Shown here piece by piece: positions 1-10,877 of a stretch of DNA of 64,000 nt. The stretch is from positions 142,591 through 206,590 of IMG/VR virus record IMGVR_UViG_3300042514_000542, one strand, 5' to 3'. The position numbers and the translations under genes are program-made. A model generated the notes under the pieces. That model did not search any database and had not been told where the DNA came from. It saw nothing but the letters and a program-made list of their open reading frames with translations. Every line of letters begins with the position of its first letter. Position 1 is the first letter of the stretch.

Positions 1-2
1 AC

Positions 3-704
3 TCAAATAAGACCATTTATACATTATCTGAAATGCTTCCATATTTATCCAATAAATACTCCTCTGGTGTATTGGATGAATTGAATACTAATGTGATTAG
101 GTTCGATATTGCCAACGATGTAATGTTTTTCGAAACCCCATCATACCTTATAATTGATAGGGTACTTATGAATGATGGAGTGTTTGTAGACCCCAGAACT
201 GCTCCGATAACGATAGTTACGGGTGATGAATATAGTAAAATATCCAATAGATTCAGAGTCAACCAAACAGTCTATTACTGTAATACTAAAACTCAAACAC
301 CCGCCATATCATCTAATAATTTTATAGTATATCCAGAGATATACGCATTCGATCTAGTTAATTTTAGAAATAATAAAATATTCCCACTCGATGAAGCCGA
401 TATAACTACCTTCTTTAGTATATCTGGTGATGGTGTTAGATATACCTATCTGGATAGTCCAATACTGACCTATAGTAGTAAAAACAATATCTTTAACCTC
501 TCATTTTTAATGAAAGACCAAAACGATATGCCTAGATTGCATCAGTTGGATTTCTATCTTAACCCAAACATATCATTTAGTTCCCATACTATTCACAATT
601 TTTCACCCTTCTCAAAGTCATACACCCTATCGTCTATAAACAATCTATCCCTATACTTATCTGGGGGTAATATAACATATGTTGGGGAAGAACTTATACT
701 ATGA
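3..704 (+). CDS. Virion structural protein, 5'-truncated (frame is open from the window edge)
   Basis: Frame is open upstream of ATG 33 to position 3. Beta-rich S/N/Y composition; first gene of a late structural run. Confidence 0.55.
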   Translation, partial: SNKTIYTLSEMLPYLSNKYSSGVLDELNTNVIRFDIANDVMFFETPSYLIIDRVLMNDGVFVDPRTAPITIVTGDEYSKISNRFRVNQTVYYCNTKTQTPAISSNNFIVYPEIYAFDLVNFRNNKIFPLDEADITTFFSISGDGVRYTYLDSPILTYSSKNNIFNLSFLMKDQNDMPRLHQLDFYLNPNISFSSHTIHNFSPFSKSYTLSSINNLSLYLSGGNITYVGEELIL

Positions 705-1195
705 ATACATATACGATAAATTTATCCTCGAATTCATCCAATTATAGTCAAAAACTATCAACCACACATTTTGATGATATTTCGAAACTTGAAATAATCC
801 CCCATAATCTTTTTAGTGGGTCAATTCCACTATATATAGTGATTGATTGGGGTGACGGTGTATCTGAGACTATAAATAATTCTATAGAATCTGATAGATT
901 GGCTGCAACAGTGTCCACCACTCATGATATGTTTTATAAAACATATAGCCATGAATATTATCCATCGACTAATTCACTATACAAACAATTAAGCGCACAA
1001 ATACTGGTCTTCTATATGAATGGTGAGTTTTCTTTTTTTGTAATACCTATTCAAATCAGAACATACGATTATTTCGAATCGATGTATGACATACATCTGA
1101 AACACACGAATATTCTACCCCTTGAATACAATCCAAAGGAACATTATTTCTCAACTGAGAGAGATGGTTACTTAATAGAACTACGAGGTAATTAA
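701..1195 (+). CDS. Putative virion protein with a PKD/Ig-like fold
   Basis: IDWGDG...YSHEY pattern typical of PKD-like domains; ATGA overlap with the upstream gene. Confidence 0.5.
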   Translation: MNTYTINLSSNSSNYSQKLSTTHFDDISKLEIIPHNLFSGSIPLYIVIDWGDGVSETINNSIESDRLAATVSTTHDMFYKTYSHEYYPSTNSLYKQLSAQILVFYMNGEFSFFVIPIQIRTYDYFESMYDIHLKHTNILPLEYNPKEHYFSTERDGYLIELRGN

Positions 1196-1203
1196 ATAAT
1201 ATT

Positions 1204-3573
1204 GTGGTATCTGTAGTCAACATATCTGCGATGAATTCCAATAGTTTAAGTTCTAACTTAAACGGATTTACATTTAAGCAATTTAAAAGAAACTATCCGG
1301 GAAATTATACTATAAATTTTGCCCATAGTTTATCGTCGTTTAATGATTTCCAAATTAAAAACTATACTAATTTCTACCTAACCAACGATTATAAAATTAG
1401 TGATATATTTGATTTCGATACAACTCCCCTAAAAGCATCTTCTATTCACACGCCCATATTATGGGGAAGTGGGTATTTATCATTTTCAGGTATAGACTCG
1501 GAAGCATATGCCTTAGCCAACAGATACCATGAGAGTAAGAATTACGGTGTTGCCATTATCGGTGAAACCGAATCTTCGCTCTCCATAGATATACTTGATA
1601 ATAATATATGTAATATTTATCACACCAAAAATTATCAAAAGTTTTTTCTTGTAGTTGATGATACAAATTCTTTGGTTTTTGTGAAACAGAATTTGTTATC
1701 AACTGACCCAATGGTGGTTAAACCTCAAGATTTTCATTATCTATTTTCTGAAAATGGTAATTTATTCTATCTGTTTAAAAAAACCTCAACTGGGACAAAT
1801 ATTGTGACCGTTGTTGATGGAGAACCGTTAGTCACTCCTGTTCTCAACAATAATACATCCTATATTAATTGGTTTTTTAAAATCGAAAAAAGTATCTACT
1901 CATACCCCACCAAAAATCTAAACACATCATTCATAACCTATGATACGAATAATATGTTGGATAAGGATAAGAGTGATTTCGAATTATCAAATAACCTACT
2001 ATTACATAAAAAAATATCTAGCGATGTTACAGACGTTATCATTCTAAAAAATCAATTATTACAGAATAATATATATTCATCTTCAAACAATCTATTATCT
2101 GGATTTAATAAGAATATATTTGTAAATGAGTTGAGAGAATATACCTCTATTGGAAATTCTATAGATTCAGAGACATCTGAGGCATTAGATTTGAATTATG
2201 TATTTTACAATAAACCTTATAAAATTGTAACTGGTAGTAATATATTTTATAGTTCGTCAAGCATAGAACCATTCACACAGTTGAATATAAATGATACAAA
2301 ATTTATAGAGGCTGGTGCATTTCCATACCTAACACCGGAATTTTCAGATAGAGTCTATCATCTATCAAATGATACCAATAACTATGATAATGGTCAACAT
2401 TTACTATGTACTTGGCTTTCTGGTTCACCCTTCCTCAATAATAGTGTATGGGTTGATAGGTATTATTATCCGAATCTAATCGAGAAATCCGAAGCATTAG
2501 CTGGATCGTCCACTCTATCTATAACGTATGATGATTATATTGAGGTTCTGGTGAATAGTAATTCACAGAAAAAGGAAAATATAAAAATACAGAAATTTTT
2601 TGACAAGAAAAGCGATCTAGTCTTTACCCCAAATCAAAAATACAACTATGAGAGAATCTCACAAATAGGTGTCGAATCGTTGTCGTCAAATTATTCATAT
2701 TGTCAGACAACTTTGAGTGCATACCCAACAAACTATTTCAAAGATATAAACACCAGTGGTGAAGTGAGTGTTGCATTTACGTTCTTTGGCGATGATTCAA
2801 GTTGGACAATTCAAAGTGATAGAGGATATATAGACTCTGGAATATCTATAATCAAAACTAATAACAAGATTACAATAACTTGTAAATTCTATGATGCCAC
2901 AACAAGAGATTTTAGCGGAGAATGGTTTTCCTTTAGTAAGACCCTAGATATCAAGAGCTTAAAGACTAATAATTTATGCGTATCGGTAGATGTTAAGTTG
3001 GGTATTGGATATTTCTTCTTTAATAATGAAATTGTCTACAATTTTACGCTACCCCAATATCAATTACTAGGTAAAGATATCATTCATGGAGACTTTAAAT
3101 ATATTAAAGAACAAACTTATGATTTATTATATGATGAAATAAATGGAATTTCAAATGTTTTTATAAATGATCTATACATAACCCCCGAACGAGCATTTTT
3201 AATTTTTACTCTTAATAGTAACGGGATTGACGATATTTATATAACACTACCATGTGGAATGAGGAACAGTGTTGATGATATAGCATACCTGAACAGTGTA
3301 TGTGGAACATCAACATTTAAATCAAACTATATTGATATTGAACTAAAAAATATTGGTATAACCGATGACTCAATCATAAATGATTTAAAATTAATTATCT
3401 CAGATATTGGTGAGAAGAATCTACCAGCATCAACGACCATCAATGATATAAAATTCAATGATTATAGGAAAATGAAACCCAATGCTGATACTATTACGGT
3501 TCCACCATATGCACTAGTGTATAATGGAAACCTTATTACATATAATGGTATTGTCATTATATCAACACCTTAA
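1204..3573 (+). CDS. Large virion structural protein, possible C-terminal ConA/LamG-like region
   Basis: 789 aa, beta-rich; TAAATA 5 nt before the GTG start. Confidence 0.55.
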   Translation: MVSVVNISAMNSNSLSSNLNGFTFKQFKRNYPGNYTINFAHSLSSFNDFQIKNYTNFYLTNDYKISDIFDFDTTPLKASSIHTPILWGSGYLSFSGIDSEAYALANRYHESKNYGVAIIGETESSLSIDILDNNICNIYHTKNYQKFFLVVDDTNSLVFVKQNLLSTDPMVVKPQDFHYLFSENGNLFYLFKKTSTGTNIVTVVDGEPLVTPVLNNNTSYINWFFKIEKSIYSYPTKNLNTSFITYDTNNMLDKDKSDFELSNNLLLHKKISSDVTDVIILKNQLLQNNIYSSSNNLLSGFNKNIFVNELREYTSIGNSIDSETSEALDLNYVFYNKPYKIVTGSNIFYSSSSIEPFTQLNINDTKFIEAGAFPYLTPEFSDRVYHLSNDTNNYDNGQHLLCTWLSGSPFLNNSVWVDRYYYPNLIEKSEALAGSSTLSITYDDYIEVLVNSNSQKKENIKIQKFFDKKSDLVFTPNQKYNYERISQIGVESLSSNYSYCQTTLSAYPTNYFKDINTSGEVSVAFTFFGDDSSWTIQSDRGYIDSGISIIKTNNKITITCKFYDATTRDFSGEWFSFSKTLDIKSLKTNNLCVSVDVKLGIGYFFFNNEIVYNFTLPQYQLLGKDIIHGDFKYIKEQTYDLLYDEINGISNVFINDLYITPERAFLIFTLNSNGIDDIYITLPCGMRNSVDDIAYLNSVCGTSTFKSNYIDIELKNIGITDDSIINDLKLIISDIGEKNLPASTTINDIKFNDYRKMKPNADTITVPPYALVYNGNLITYNGIVIISTP

Positions 3574-3642
3574 ATAAATAATATCATATCGAATATATCT
3601 AGGTCAGGTAAGCACCGCCAACTAATAATGAAAAGAATTTAA

Positions 3643-5409
3643 ATGAGCTACTTAAAATATACATCAGGTGAGTCTTTCACTCTAAATTCCGAAGATTATT
3701 CTGGTTATTTTAGAGTAGTTGGTGATACTGCATTTTCCGGTAGAATTGGTGGGCTTGAACTAACACCAAAAGATACTTTTATGTCTAAATTATATATTGA
3801 TTTATATAATTTAGATACTACCTATAAAAATATACAAAATCTCAATAATGTATATGCAAATACCCTAGACACTCTAGATAAGTTGGGTATAGATAGAATA
3901 TTAGAATCCCTTCATAATAATAATAAAATTTGTTATAAATCATTAGTATTATCAAATCCAACGGTATTCAAATACGATGAAACTGGGGGATTCTTCTATG
4001 GTTTATCTGCGACTGATGAATATAATGATAAAATATATCCGAAAAGGGGTGTTGTTAATATCAATACGTTGTCTGACTCTGATTATTGGTCGTTTTTAGA
4101 TAAAATTACAACAGGACACCATTTAGTTGATACATATGAAAACTTTAAATATATTTGCACTGATGGATTTGTCACGTATACTCTATCCGGTAATTTTAAT
4201 GGGAATATTCCTCTAACAAAAATTTCAGAATACCCCAACGTTCCATATTACGATAAAATTTACCATATTCATCACGATATCGATGATGGTAGAATGTTTT
4301 TCGTGAAAAATGATTATATTGAAATTTATGACGCATCTAATTTTGAATTATGCGATAATCTAATACTAGTTGATAGAATTAGTCTTATTCCGACAACAAC
4401 AACTGAGCATATTTGGAACACTTTAGACGTTAACTGGAATGATTTCCAACAACTTTGGAATGTTCTATTCGATACTATCAATAATAATACTCCTGAAACT
4501 ATTAAAATCGGTAAAAATCTAAGAACTGGTATAAGTAGTGATCTAACAACACTTAACCTGTATAACAAATACTCGAATAAAATTCATAGGCAAATTAGTT
4601 TAGCTGAATTGGATATACAATCCGTGATTGATGTAGATATCAACTCCAATAGTGACGATATTTTGATTCTATACCAGAATAAAAATTCTGATGTAATGAT
4701 ATGCTTTATTGATATCACCACACCCAATGTGAAAAAACTATCTAAGTTGGAATCACTTTTTGGAACTACTTATAATATTAAATTCACAGAGTTTGATTCC
4801 AATGTATTCTATATTTGGAATAGTAATGGATATCAAACTAGAAATATATCGAATTCTACATACCCATCCGGTAGATTGGAGTTAAATGATTTAAAATATC
4901 CAAAGGATTACATCTGGAACACCACCGATGAAATTTGGAATTTCCTAAATCTTAGATGGGATGTTAATGGATCTCTGGCGAACAGATACAATAATTTAAA
5001 TACATCGGTGACTATATCAAATAATAAAATGTATATGTTACTGCACAATATTGGCAGATTATATGTTATGAATCAAACAATGGATGATAGATTCTACTCC
5101 AATATACCCCTAAATTTACAATCATTCTTCACAGAATCTACATGTTCTGAATCATCCATTGGTATATATCTAAATACAAATATTGCGAATATCGCAAAAG
5201 ATACATTGAACATACTGAGCAAATCTAATGGGAGTTTCGATATATACGAGAGATCCGTATTCTTGAAACAAATTGATGACTTTATTCTGGACACTAATAA
5301 CTTATACCTAAATGGTAATGAAAACATCAATATCACAAGCATTCAAAGGATTTTACTCTCTATCCTAAATATACAGAGTAAAATCTTACCCGTATCTATT
5401 GAAAATTAA
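3643..5409 (+). CDS. Virion structural protein with two Trp-heptad motifs
   Basis: 588 aa; IWNTLDVNWNDFQQLWN and IWNTTDEIWNFLNLRWD; structural context. Confidence 0.5.
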   Translation: MSYLKYTSGESFTLNSEDYSGYFRVVGDTAFSGRIGGLELTPKDTFMSKLYIDLYNLDTTYKNIQNLNNVYANTLDTLDKLGIDRILESLHNNNKICYKSLVLSNPTVFKYDETGGFFYGLSATDEYNDKIYPKRGVVNINTLSDSDYWSFLDKITTGHHLVDTYENFKYICTDGFVTYTLSGNFNGNIPLTKISEYPNVPYYDKIYHIHHDIDDGRMFFVKNDYIEIYDASNFELCDNLILVDRISLIPTTTTEHIWNTLDVNWNDFQQLWNVLFDTINNNTPETIKIGKNLRTGISSDLTTLNLYNKYSNKIHRQISLAELDIQSVIDVDINSNSDDILILYQNKNSDVMICFIDITTPNVKKLSKLESLFGTTYNIKFTEFDSNVFYIWNSNGYQTRNISNSTYPSGRLELNDLKYPKDYIWNTTDEIWNFLNLRWDVNGSLANRYNNLNTSVTISNNKMYMLLHNIGRLYVMNQTMDDRFYSNIPLNLQSFFTESTCSESSIGIYLNTNIANIAKDTLNILSKSNGSFDIYERSVFLKQIDDFILDTNNLYLNGNENINITSIQRILLSILNIQSKILPVSIEN

Positions 5410-5431
5410 ACAATCACGTTAAATAAACATA

Positions 5432-6253
5432 ATGAGTACTTTCACTAATCAATTCATTTTAAACACATACGGTGGTATATTACACTCAGATGGAGAGTTG
5501 AATATTTCCCAGAAATCGATCATGTATGACGGATTCGGTAACGAATCCGCATTAACATTGGGTCGAAAAAATAATGGGGCTAGTGTTAGTGGTAATTTAT
5601 CATCAACATCTTTAAATGTCGGACAATTAACTTTCCCGTCTCTTTCAAGTGATGTCAATAACGTGTTGATACAAAAGGCCGATGGAATTGTGGATTTTTC
5701 TGACACCATACCATCATCTCTACTCGCAGATCTAAACCCAAATCCAGAAAATGTATATAATACTATAAAGTCCATTACTGTAAATTCTAAAGGTCTTACG
5801 ACAAAAGTTGATACTTGGGGGAGTTCAAATAATACCATAACATCCACAACCTATAAAGAAAATGCTGGAACACCATTTTCAGTAGTCACCGTAACTGCCG
5901 ATGTATGGACAAAGGTGTTTTTAACGGACGCTATACCACCAGAAGATGTTTCTAGCGTTAAAGCTGTTATACTATACGTTGAACCTACAGGTAATTTAGC
6001 CGCATATAGAAAATCATATACGCTAGTTGCATCTCCAAATCAAAGTGATGTGTATCCAATATATCAAGTCATTGGTGGTGAAGATGCGGGGGGTGGAAAC
6101 GATACTTACGGTATAGGTGTTCAATGTTCCGTCCGTATTGGAGGAATTGGAACAAATTCAATATACATATACCTTAAAAACCCCATCACAAAAAGTAACT
6201 CCGATAATGCGACTTACTCATTTAATGTTCATTTAATAGCTTATCAACGATAA
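5432..6253 (+). CDS. Fibre-like virion protein
   Basis: SITVNSKGLTTKV fibre-type repeat; TAAATA late promoter 6 nt upstream. Confidence 0.5.
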   Translation: MSTFTNQFILNTYGGILHSDGELNISQKSIMYDGFGNESALTLGRKNNGASVSGNLSSTSLNVGQLTFPSLSSDVNNVLIQKADGIVDFSDTIPSSLLADLNPNPENVYNTIKSITVNSKGLTTKVDTWGSSNNTITSTTYKENAGTPFSVVTVTADVWTKVFLTDAIPPEDVSSVKAVILYVEPTGNLAAYRKSYTLVASPNQSDVYPIYQVIGGEDAGGGNDTYGIGVQCSVRIGGIGTNSIYIYLKNPITKSNSDNATYSFNVHLIAYQR

Positions 6254-6254
6254 T

Positions 6255-7277
6255 ATGCCAAATATAGAAATAGCTAAGTTAAAAACAAGAAGAGGCACGA
6301 ATAATCAAAGAAAACGTGTCATCTTTGACCAAGGGGAAATTGTATCTACCGTTGATACTAATAGATTATTCCTTGGAACCGGAACGTTGAGTGGCGGTGT
6401 TGTGATAGGTTCGAAAGTTCATCAACCTATCACTAATTATTCATCATTATCAAATATCGCAGCCGAAGTTGGTGATTTAGCATATGCTAATAATATATTT
6501 TACCAGTTAACGGCATCACCACCATCAAATATCAACAATTGGATGTCTACTGGAATTAAACTAGACAGTGGATTATTCTCGTATGATTCAGATAATACAC
6601 TTAGATTAAATCTATCCTCTCTATCGGCAGTGCATATCAATCCACTAACCGTATCGAATGGAATTAAGATATCTGGTGGGATTCTTCAAAGCAATTTTAA
6701 TACAAAATCTTTAGAAATTTCATCATATCAATTATCCCTAAAGGCTAATGGTATAGATGAAAGAGAGCTAAACTCGACAACTTTTGGTTACGGAATTAGT
6801 GGGGGATCAGGAACTAAAGTAGTTCTGGACGTAAATCCATCACAGTTTCGTTTCAATGGTGATACCCTAAATCTCACGAATTCTACATCCATATCCGCAG
6901 TAGATAATTCATCATTAATTCTAAGCTCTGGTGTAATATCAGTAAATAATAATGGGGCTTCTGGTAGTTATCAATGGCCAAGAATTGTAGTGGATACTTT
7001 CGGTAGAGTGACTACAGCAGAATCATCAATATTAGATGTTTTAACAGGTAATGCATCTCTATCAAGCTATAACCGTAATAATTCACTCTCCGCAATATAT
7101 AATGGTGATTCTATGGGATTATCATCTATAGCAATAACGAGATTTACTGCACTATCATCCGATGGAACAAGCATTATACATCTTTCATCTGCTGGGTTTA
7201 TAACATTCGAAGGAGGGACCACAACAAGGAGTGGAACTTCCGTTGGAAGATTCGCAATCCCAATTTATAGATATTAA
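6255..7277 (+). CDS. Tail fibre-like protein with an Mtd-N/hyaluronidase-type N-terminal domain
   Basis: RRGT...QGEIVSTVDTNRLFLGTG N-terminus; IVVDTFGRVTTA fibre repeat. Confidence 0.65.
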   Translation: MPNIEIAKLKTRRGTNNQRKRVIFDQGEIVSTVDTNRLFLGTGTLSGGVVIGSKVHQPITNYSSLSNIAAEVGDLAYANNIFYQLTASPPSNINNWMSTGIKLDSGLFSYDSDNTLRLNLSSLSAVHINPLTVSNGIKISGGILQSNFNTKSLEISSYQLSLKANGIDERELNSTTFGYGISGGSGTKVVLDVNPSQFRFNGDTLNLTNSTSISAVDNSSLILSSGVISVNNNGASGSYQWPRIVVDTFGRVTTAESSILDVLTGNASLSSYNRNNSLSAIYNGDSMGLSSIAITRFTALSSDGTSIIHLSSAGFITFEGGTTTRSGTSVGRFAIPIYRY

Positions 7278-7280
7278 TAT

Positions 7281-8141
7281 ATGGAAATTCTCAACAATAC
7301 AATTATTAAATTAATAGTCCGTCAAGGTGCAAATACTGATCGAAAGTATATTCTTTTGAATTCTGGCGAACCCGCATTTACGACAGATACTCATAGATTT
7401 TATGTAGGGACTGGTATATTGAGTGGTGGTGTTGTTGTTGGAAATAAATACCAAGGGTCTTCCACAGATGTTACTGGATTTACATCTGCTGTAAATGGAG
7501 ATGATGCATATGATTCCGATAAACACAAACTTTATAAAGTAATTAATGATACTGACACCACTCAACTCTCGAATTGGGAGTATGTTGGGGGTGTTTACTC
7601 TTCTGGTGATAATTATATTGAAATAAGTAGCGATAATCAGATATCTCTGAATGCGTTATCCGCCAATGCCTTATCTAATGACTTAGTGAAAGGTCCAATT
7701 ATCTTAGATTCTGGAAGAATCTCATTATCTGCGACAATTCCTTATCAATCAGTATCTACAAAAACTATAACTATATCTAATGGTTTAAAAGCCACTATTA
7801 ATGGATTAAGTGTTACTGGAAACGCAGTTAATGTGTTATCATCCAATCTAGTAGTATCAACCAAGCAATTATTTGCGAGATATAATGGTGTAACCCAAAC
7901 ACTGACAAACTATCAGAATATTTCTTCTGTTAACTGGTTATCAGCAGGTCATTATGTGTTCAATTTCGAACCAGTTCTCAGTAATTCCAATTATGTCCCC
8001 TTAACGCAAATAATTGGAATTAACGGTCTAGGATATCATTCTAGAGTTATATCAACAACCATTTCATCATGTCATGTGGTGATATTGAGTACTAATGAGG
8101 CAAAAACCGATGTAGATTTATCTCTATTGATTAATTATTAA
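7281..8141 (+). CDS. Tail fibre-like protein, paralogue of the preceding gene
   Basis: RQG...SGEPAFTTDTHRFYVGTGILSGGVVVGNK aligns by eye with the 6255 N-terminus; C-terminal AGHYVFNF...NYVPL fibre-tip pattern. Confidence 0.65.
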   Translation: MEILNNTIIKLIVRQGANTDRKYILLNSGEPAFTTDTHRFYVGTGILSGGVVVGNKYQGSSTDVTGFTSAVNGDDAYDSDKHKLYKVINDTDTTQLSNWEYVGGVYSSGDNYIEISSDNQISLNALSANALSNDLVKGPIILDSGRISLSATIPYQSVSTKTITISNGLKATINGLSVTGNAVNVLSSNLVVSTKQLFARYNGVTQTLTNYQNISSVNWLSAGHYVFNFEPVLSNSNYVPLTQIIGINGLGYHSRVISTTISSCHVVILSTNEAKTDVDLSLLINY

Positions 8142-8142
8142 T

Positions 8143-8862
8143 ATGTCATTCCCTTCCGATGTTTTATTACCAGTAAATGCGAAATATTTTGGAATTATAG
8201 AACCTGATTACGCATTCAACCCACATTGGGACTTAACTTGGAGTTTTTCATATGCATTGACTGGAACTGAGCATGGTATCTGTACTTTTCTCTGTGATAA
8301 TTCAACTGTAACATCACCACCCGGACACTATATTGGTTATGGTGGGCTAAGTGCGTCTAAATTTGTATTAGGTGTTGCGTTGGATTCAACTGGGCTTTTC
8401 GCATTATCTACTAATTACTCTTCAGGTGTCCCCCGTTCGCAAATAAAAAGAGATAGTCTCATTATAAGAGATCAAACCAATAATGTAATTTTTAATCAGT
8501 CGCTTTCTACACTGGACTCAACCTTTAACATAGCTACATCAGCGAAAGAATATAAGACAATTCGAATTCGCTACTCCAATGTGGGTAGGAAGATCTATAT
8601 AGACTATAAAATTGGCGATACTAAGTATATAAATCTCACTAGTATTAGTCATATTTCACTAGACACATCAACATACGAAAATCTTTATGTTGGTTTATCA
8701 TATTCGTCACCTATTTCAAGTAGTTCCATAACACCATCAAAAATATGGGTCAAGAACTTCCACATTCAAGGTAATATCGAAAACCCTACATATAATACAT
8801 TGGCATACACACCGATTTCATCAAATGTAGTTAATTCATTCTCGTCAATTAACATATTCTAA
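8143..8862 (+). CDS. Legume-lectin/ConA-like virion protein
   Basis: WSFSY...GICTF...LGVALDS...IRIRYS...YVGLSY...NFH pattern of L-type lectins. Confidence 0.55.
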   Translation: MSFPSDVLLPVNAKYFGIIEPDYAFNPHWDLTWSFSYALTGTEHGICTFLCDNSTVTSPPGHYIGYGGLSASKFVLGVALDSTGLFALSTNYSSGVPRSQIKRDSLIIRDQTNNVIFNQSLSTLDSTFNIATSAKEYKTIRIRYSNVGRKIYIDYKIGDTKYINLTSISHISLDTSTYENLYVGLSYSSPISSSSITPSKIWVKNFHIQGNIENPTYNTLAYTPISSNVVNSFSSINIF

Positions 8863-8961
8863 CACTTTCGGGATTTGTTCAAGGTATAACTAGTCAATCA
8901 TTTTATAATAATTTAATTCACTCTGATGCTTTCGTCACTAGACAAGCATTAAATAACAGAA

Positions 8962-9309
8962 ATGTCTTCTTCTTCTTCTTCGTCTTCCAGTTCTTCCACA
9001 CCTCCAGTAACATTACCACCACCGGTAACACCACCACCGGTAAATTTTGAGTGTACTCCGTGTTATCCACCTATTCCATCCACACCAGAATTCCCACCGA
9101 ATTTTACACTACCGACAACCAAAACAGCACAGCCAGAATTTATTATAACAACACCACCCCCACCAGTTAACCCTCTAACTATAAGTATAAACATAACTAC
9201 TACTTCAACTACAACAACTCAAATAGTGACACCACCAGTGACACTACCACCACTGATAACCCCATCAGTGAAAGAATGTAATGATGGTTGCAATGCTCTA
9301 AATTTTTAG
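8962..9309 (+). CDS. Mucin-like Ser/Thr/Pro-rich late protein
   Basis: Poly-Ser start, repeated (T)PPVT(L)PP, Thr runs, two Cys pairs; TAAATA 6 nt upstream. Confidence 0.6.
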   Translation: MSSSSSSSSSSSTPPVTLPPPVTPPPVNFECTPCYPPIPSTPEFPPNFTLPTTKTAQPEFIITTPPPPVNPLTISINITTTSTTTTQIVTPPVTLPPLITPSVKECNDGCNALNF

Positions 9310-9319
9310 TAATTACTCC

Positions 9320-10150
9320 ATGAGGAATCTAACAATTGGAATGGCAACGCATGATGATTTCGATGGGTTGTATTTCACAATTCAAAATATACGTTTGAAT
9401 CATAAAGAAATCTTAGATAAGATAGAATTTGTTATTATTGATAATAATCCAAATAGTAAACATGGTAAGAGTATTCGAAACTTTATGCAATGGATAAAGG
9501 AACCCGTCCAATATCTTCCCTTCACTAAGTTTCAATCCACTACAGTTAAAAACAAAGTATTCGAACTGGCAGATACGCCATATGTTCTATGTATAGATTC
9601 CCATGTTCTATTAGAACAAGGTTCTTTGAAAAAACTCATAAATTTCTACGAAAGTGGTAAAGATTATGGTAATTTACTACAAGGTCCATTAGTATATGAT
9701 GATATGGAAAATATTAGCAGTCACTTCGATCTAACTAAATGGGGTGGCAATATGTGGGGTCAATGGGGGTCAGATGATAGGGCTAAAAATCCAAATAATG
9801 AACCCTTTGAAATCCCAGCACAAGGTATGGGTCTTTTTTCCTGCCGTAAAGATGCTTGGTTAGGTTTTAATAAGGAATTTAGAGGATTTGGTGGTGAAGA
9901 AGGTTATATTCACGAAAAATATCGTAAAAATGGTAAAAAAGTTATATGTTTACCCTTTTTACGATGGGTTCATAGGTTTGATCGACCAAATGGAACCACG
10001 TATCCAAACATTTTGGAGGATAGGTTTCGAAATTATTACATAGGGTTTAAAGAACTTGGTCTTGATACCACAGAACTCTTTGAAAACTTTCCAGAGTTTT
10101 CTAATACCGAAAATCTCAATAAATTAGACTTAGAAATATCCAAATTTTAG
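9320..10150 (+). CDS. GT2-like glycosyltransferase
   Basis: LTIGMAT, VIIDNN, CIDSH (DxD-like), GFNKEFRGFGGEE. Confidence 0.85.
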   Translation: MRNLTIGMATHDDFDGLYFTIQNIRLNHKEILDKIEFVIIDNNPNSKHGKSIRNFMQWIKEPVQYLPFTKFQSTTVKNKVFELADTPYVLCIDSHVLLEQGSLKKLINFYESGKDYGNLLQGPLVYDDMENISSHFDLTKWGGNMWGQWGSDDRAKNPNNEPFEIPAQGMGLFSCRKDAWLGFNKEFRGFGGEEGYIHEKYRKNGKKVICLPFLRWVHRFDRPNGTTYPNILEDRFRNYYIGFKELGLDTTELFENFPEFSNTENLNKLDLEISKF

Positions 10151-10377
10151 ATATTTCCCAAGGAAGCTTCACACTCTACATCGTGTAACATAGCTGGAAA
10201 TCTATCTTTGATGTATGATTCGATGGCTAATGGCTTAATCATATCAATAGGATCGACATTTAGATCCTTCGCCTTCTCTTCAATGAAGTGAAATGCCTCA
10301 ACCAAACACATCCATCTGGTAAATTCACCAGTTGTCATTTCTTCCACTATCCCATCACCTCGTTTTATTGTAATCAT
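10147..10377 (-). CDS. Hypothetical protein
   Basis: 76-aa ORF in a minus-strand gene run. Confidence 0.6.
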   Translation of the reverse strand: MITIKRGDGIVEEMTTGEFTRWMCLVEAFHFIEEKAKDLNVDPIDMIKPLAIESYIKDRFPAMLHDVECEASLGNI

Positions 10378-10403
10378 AAGTCCCTATTGTAGTTCGGTTT
10401 TAA

Positions 10404-10877
10404 TTAATTATTTTTACCAACTAATTCATCAAAGGTCTGCTCAATATTCAATGGTTCCGAAACCAAAACAGTGTTATAGTTGATGTCAACCTTATAATAC
10501 TGTTTACATTTTTCACACTGGACTACGTTATCGGTATTTGGTGAAAATAAGCCTTGGAACGTATTACCACCACATACACAAGGAAGTTCTACTAGCAAAG
10601 AATCGAAAATGTCCTCATAATCGAGGATAACTTTCCTCTGTTCTTCGTCTTTCAGAGAGTGTTCAGCGATAATTAGATCTTGCGTCTTAATAATCTCTTG
10701 AGATTCTAAATCTGGGCTGTTTTTCTTAAGTAAGAAAGCGCAAACACCCCAAGATATAGGCAAAACAATTGATAATGATCTAACGTAATCATCCAGACCA
10801 ATTCCATAAGAGATTAATACCGAAATTGCCGTAGCGATGACAAAATATTGCCAGTTTTGTTTAAGATACTCTGTCAT
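10404..10877 (-). CDS. Membrane protein with a C-terminal Zn-ribbon
   Basis: Two hydrophobic segments near the N-terminus, then CVC...CEKC; start placed at MTEYLK. Confidence 0.6.
   Translation of the reverse strand: MTEYLKQNWQYFVIATAISVLISYGIGLDDYVRSLSIVLPISWGVCAFLLKKNSPDLESQEIIKTQDLIIAEHSLKDEEQRKVILDYEDIFDSLLVELPCVCGGNTFQGLFSPNTDNVVQCEKCKQYYKVDINYNTVLVSEPLNIEQTFDELVGKNN

Noticed and set aside
6255-8141. Diversity-generating retroelement, suggested by Mtd-like N-termini
   Set aside because: No reverse transcriptase and no TR/VR repeat pair seen. This N-terminal domain is common in ordinary fibres.
10147-10377. gp33 late co-activator
   Set aside because: Only a vague resemblance (EA...EA..GN). 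Not supportable without a profile search.
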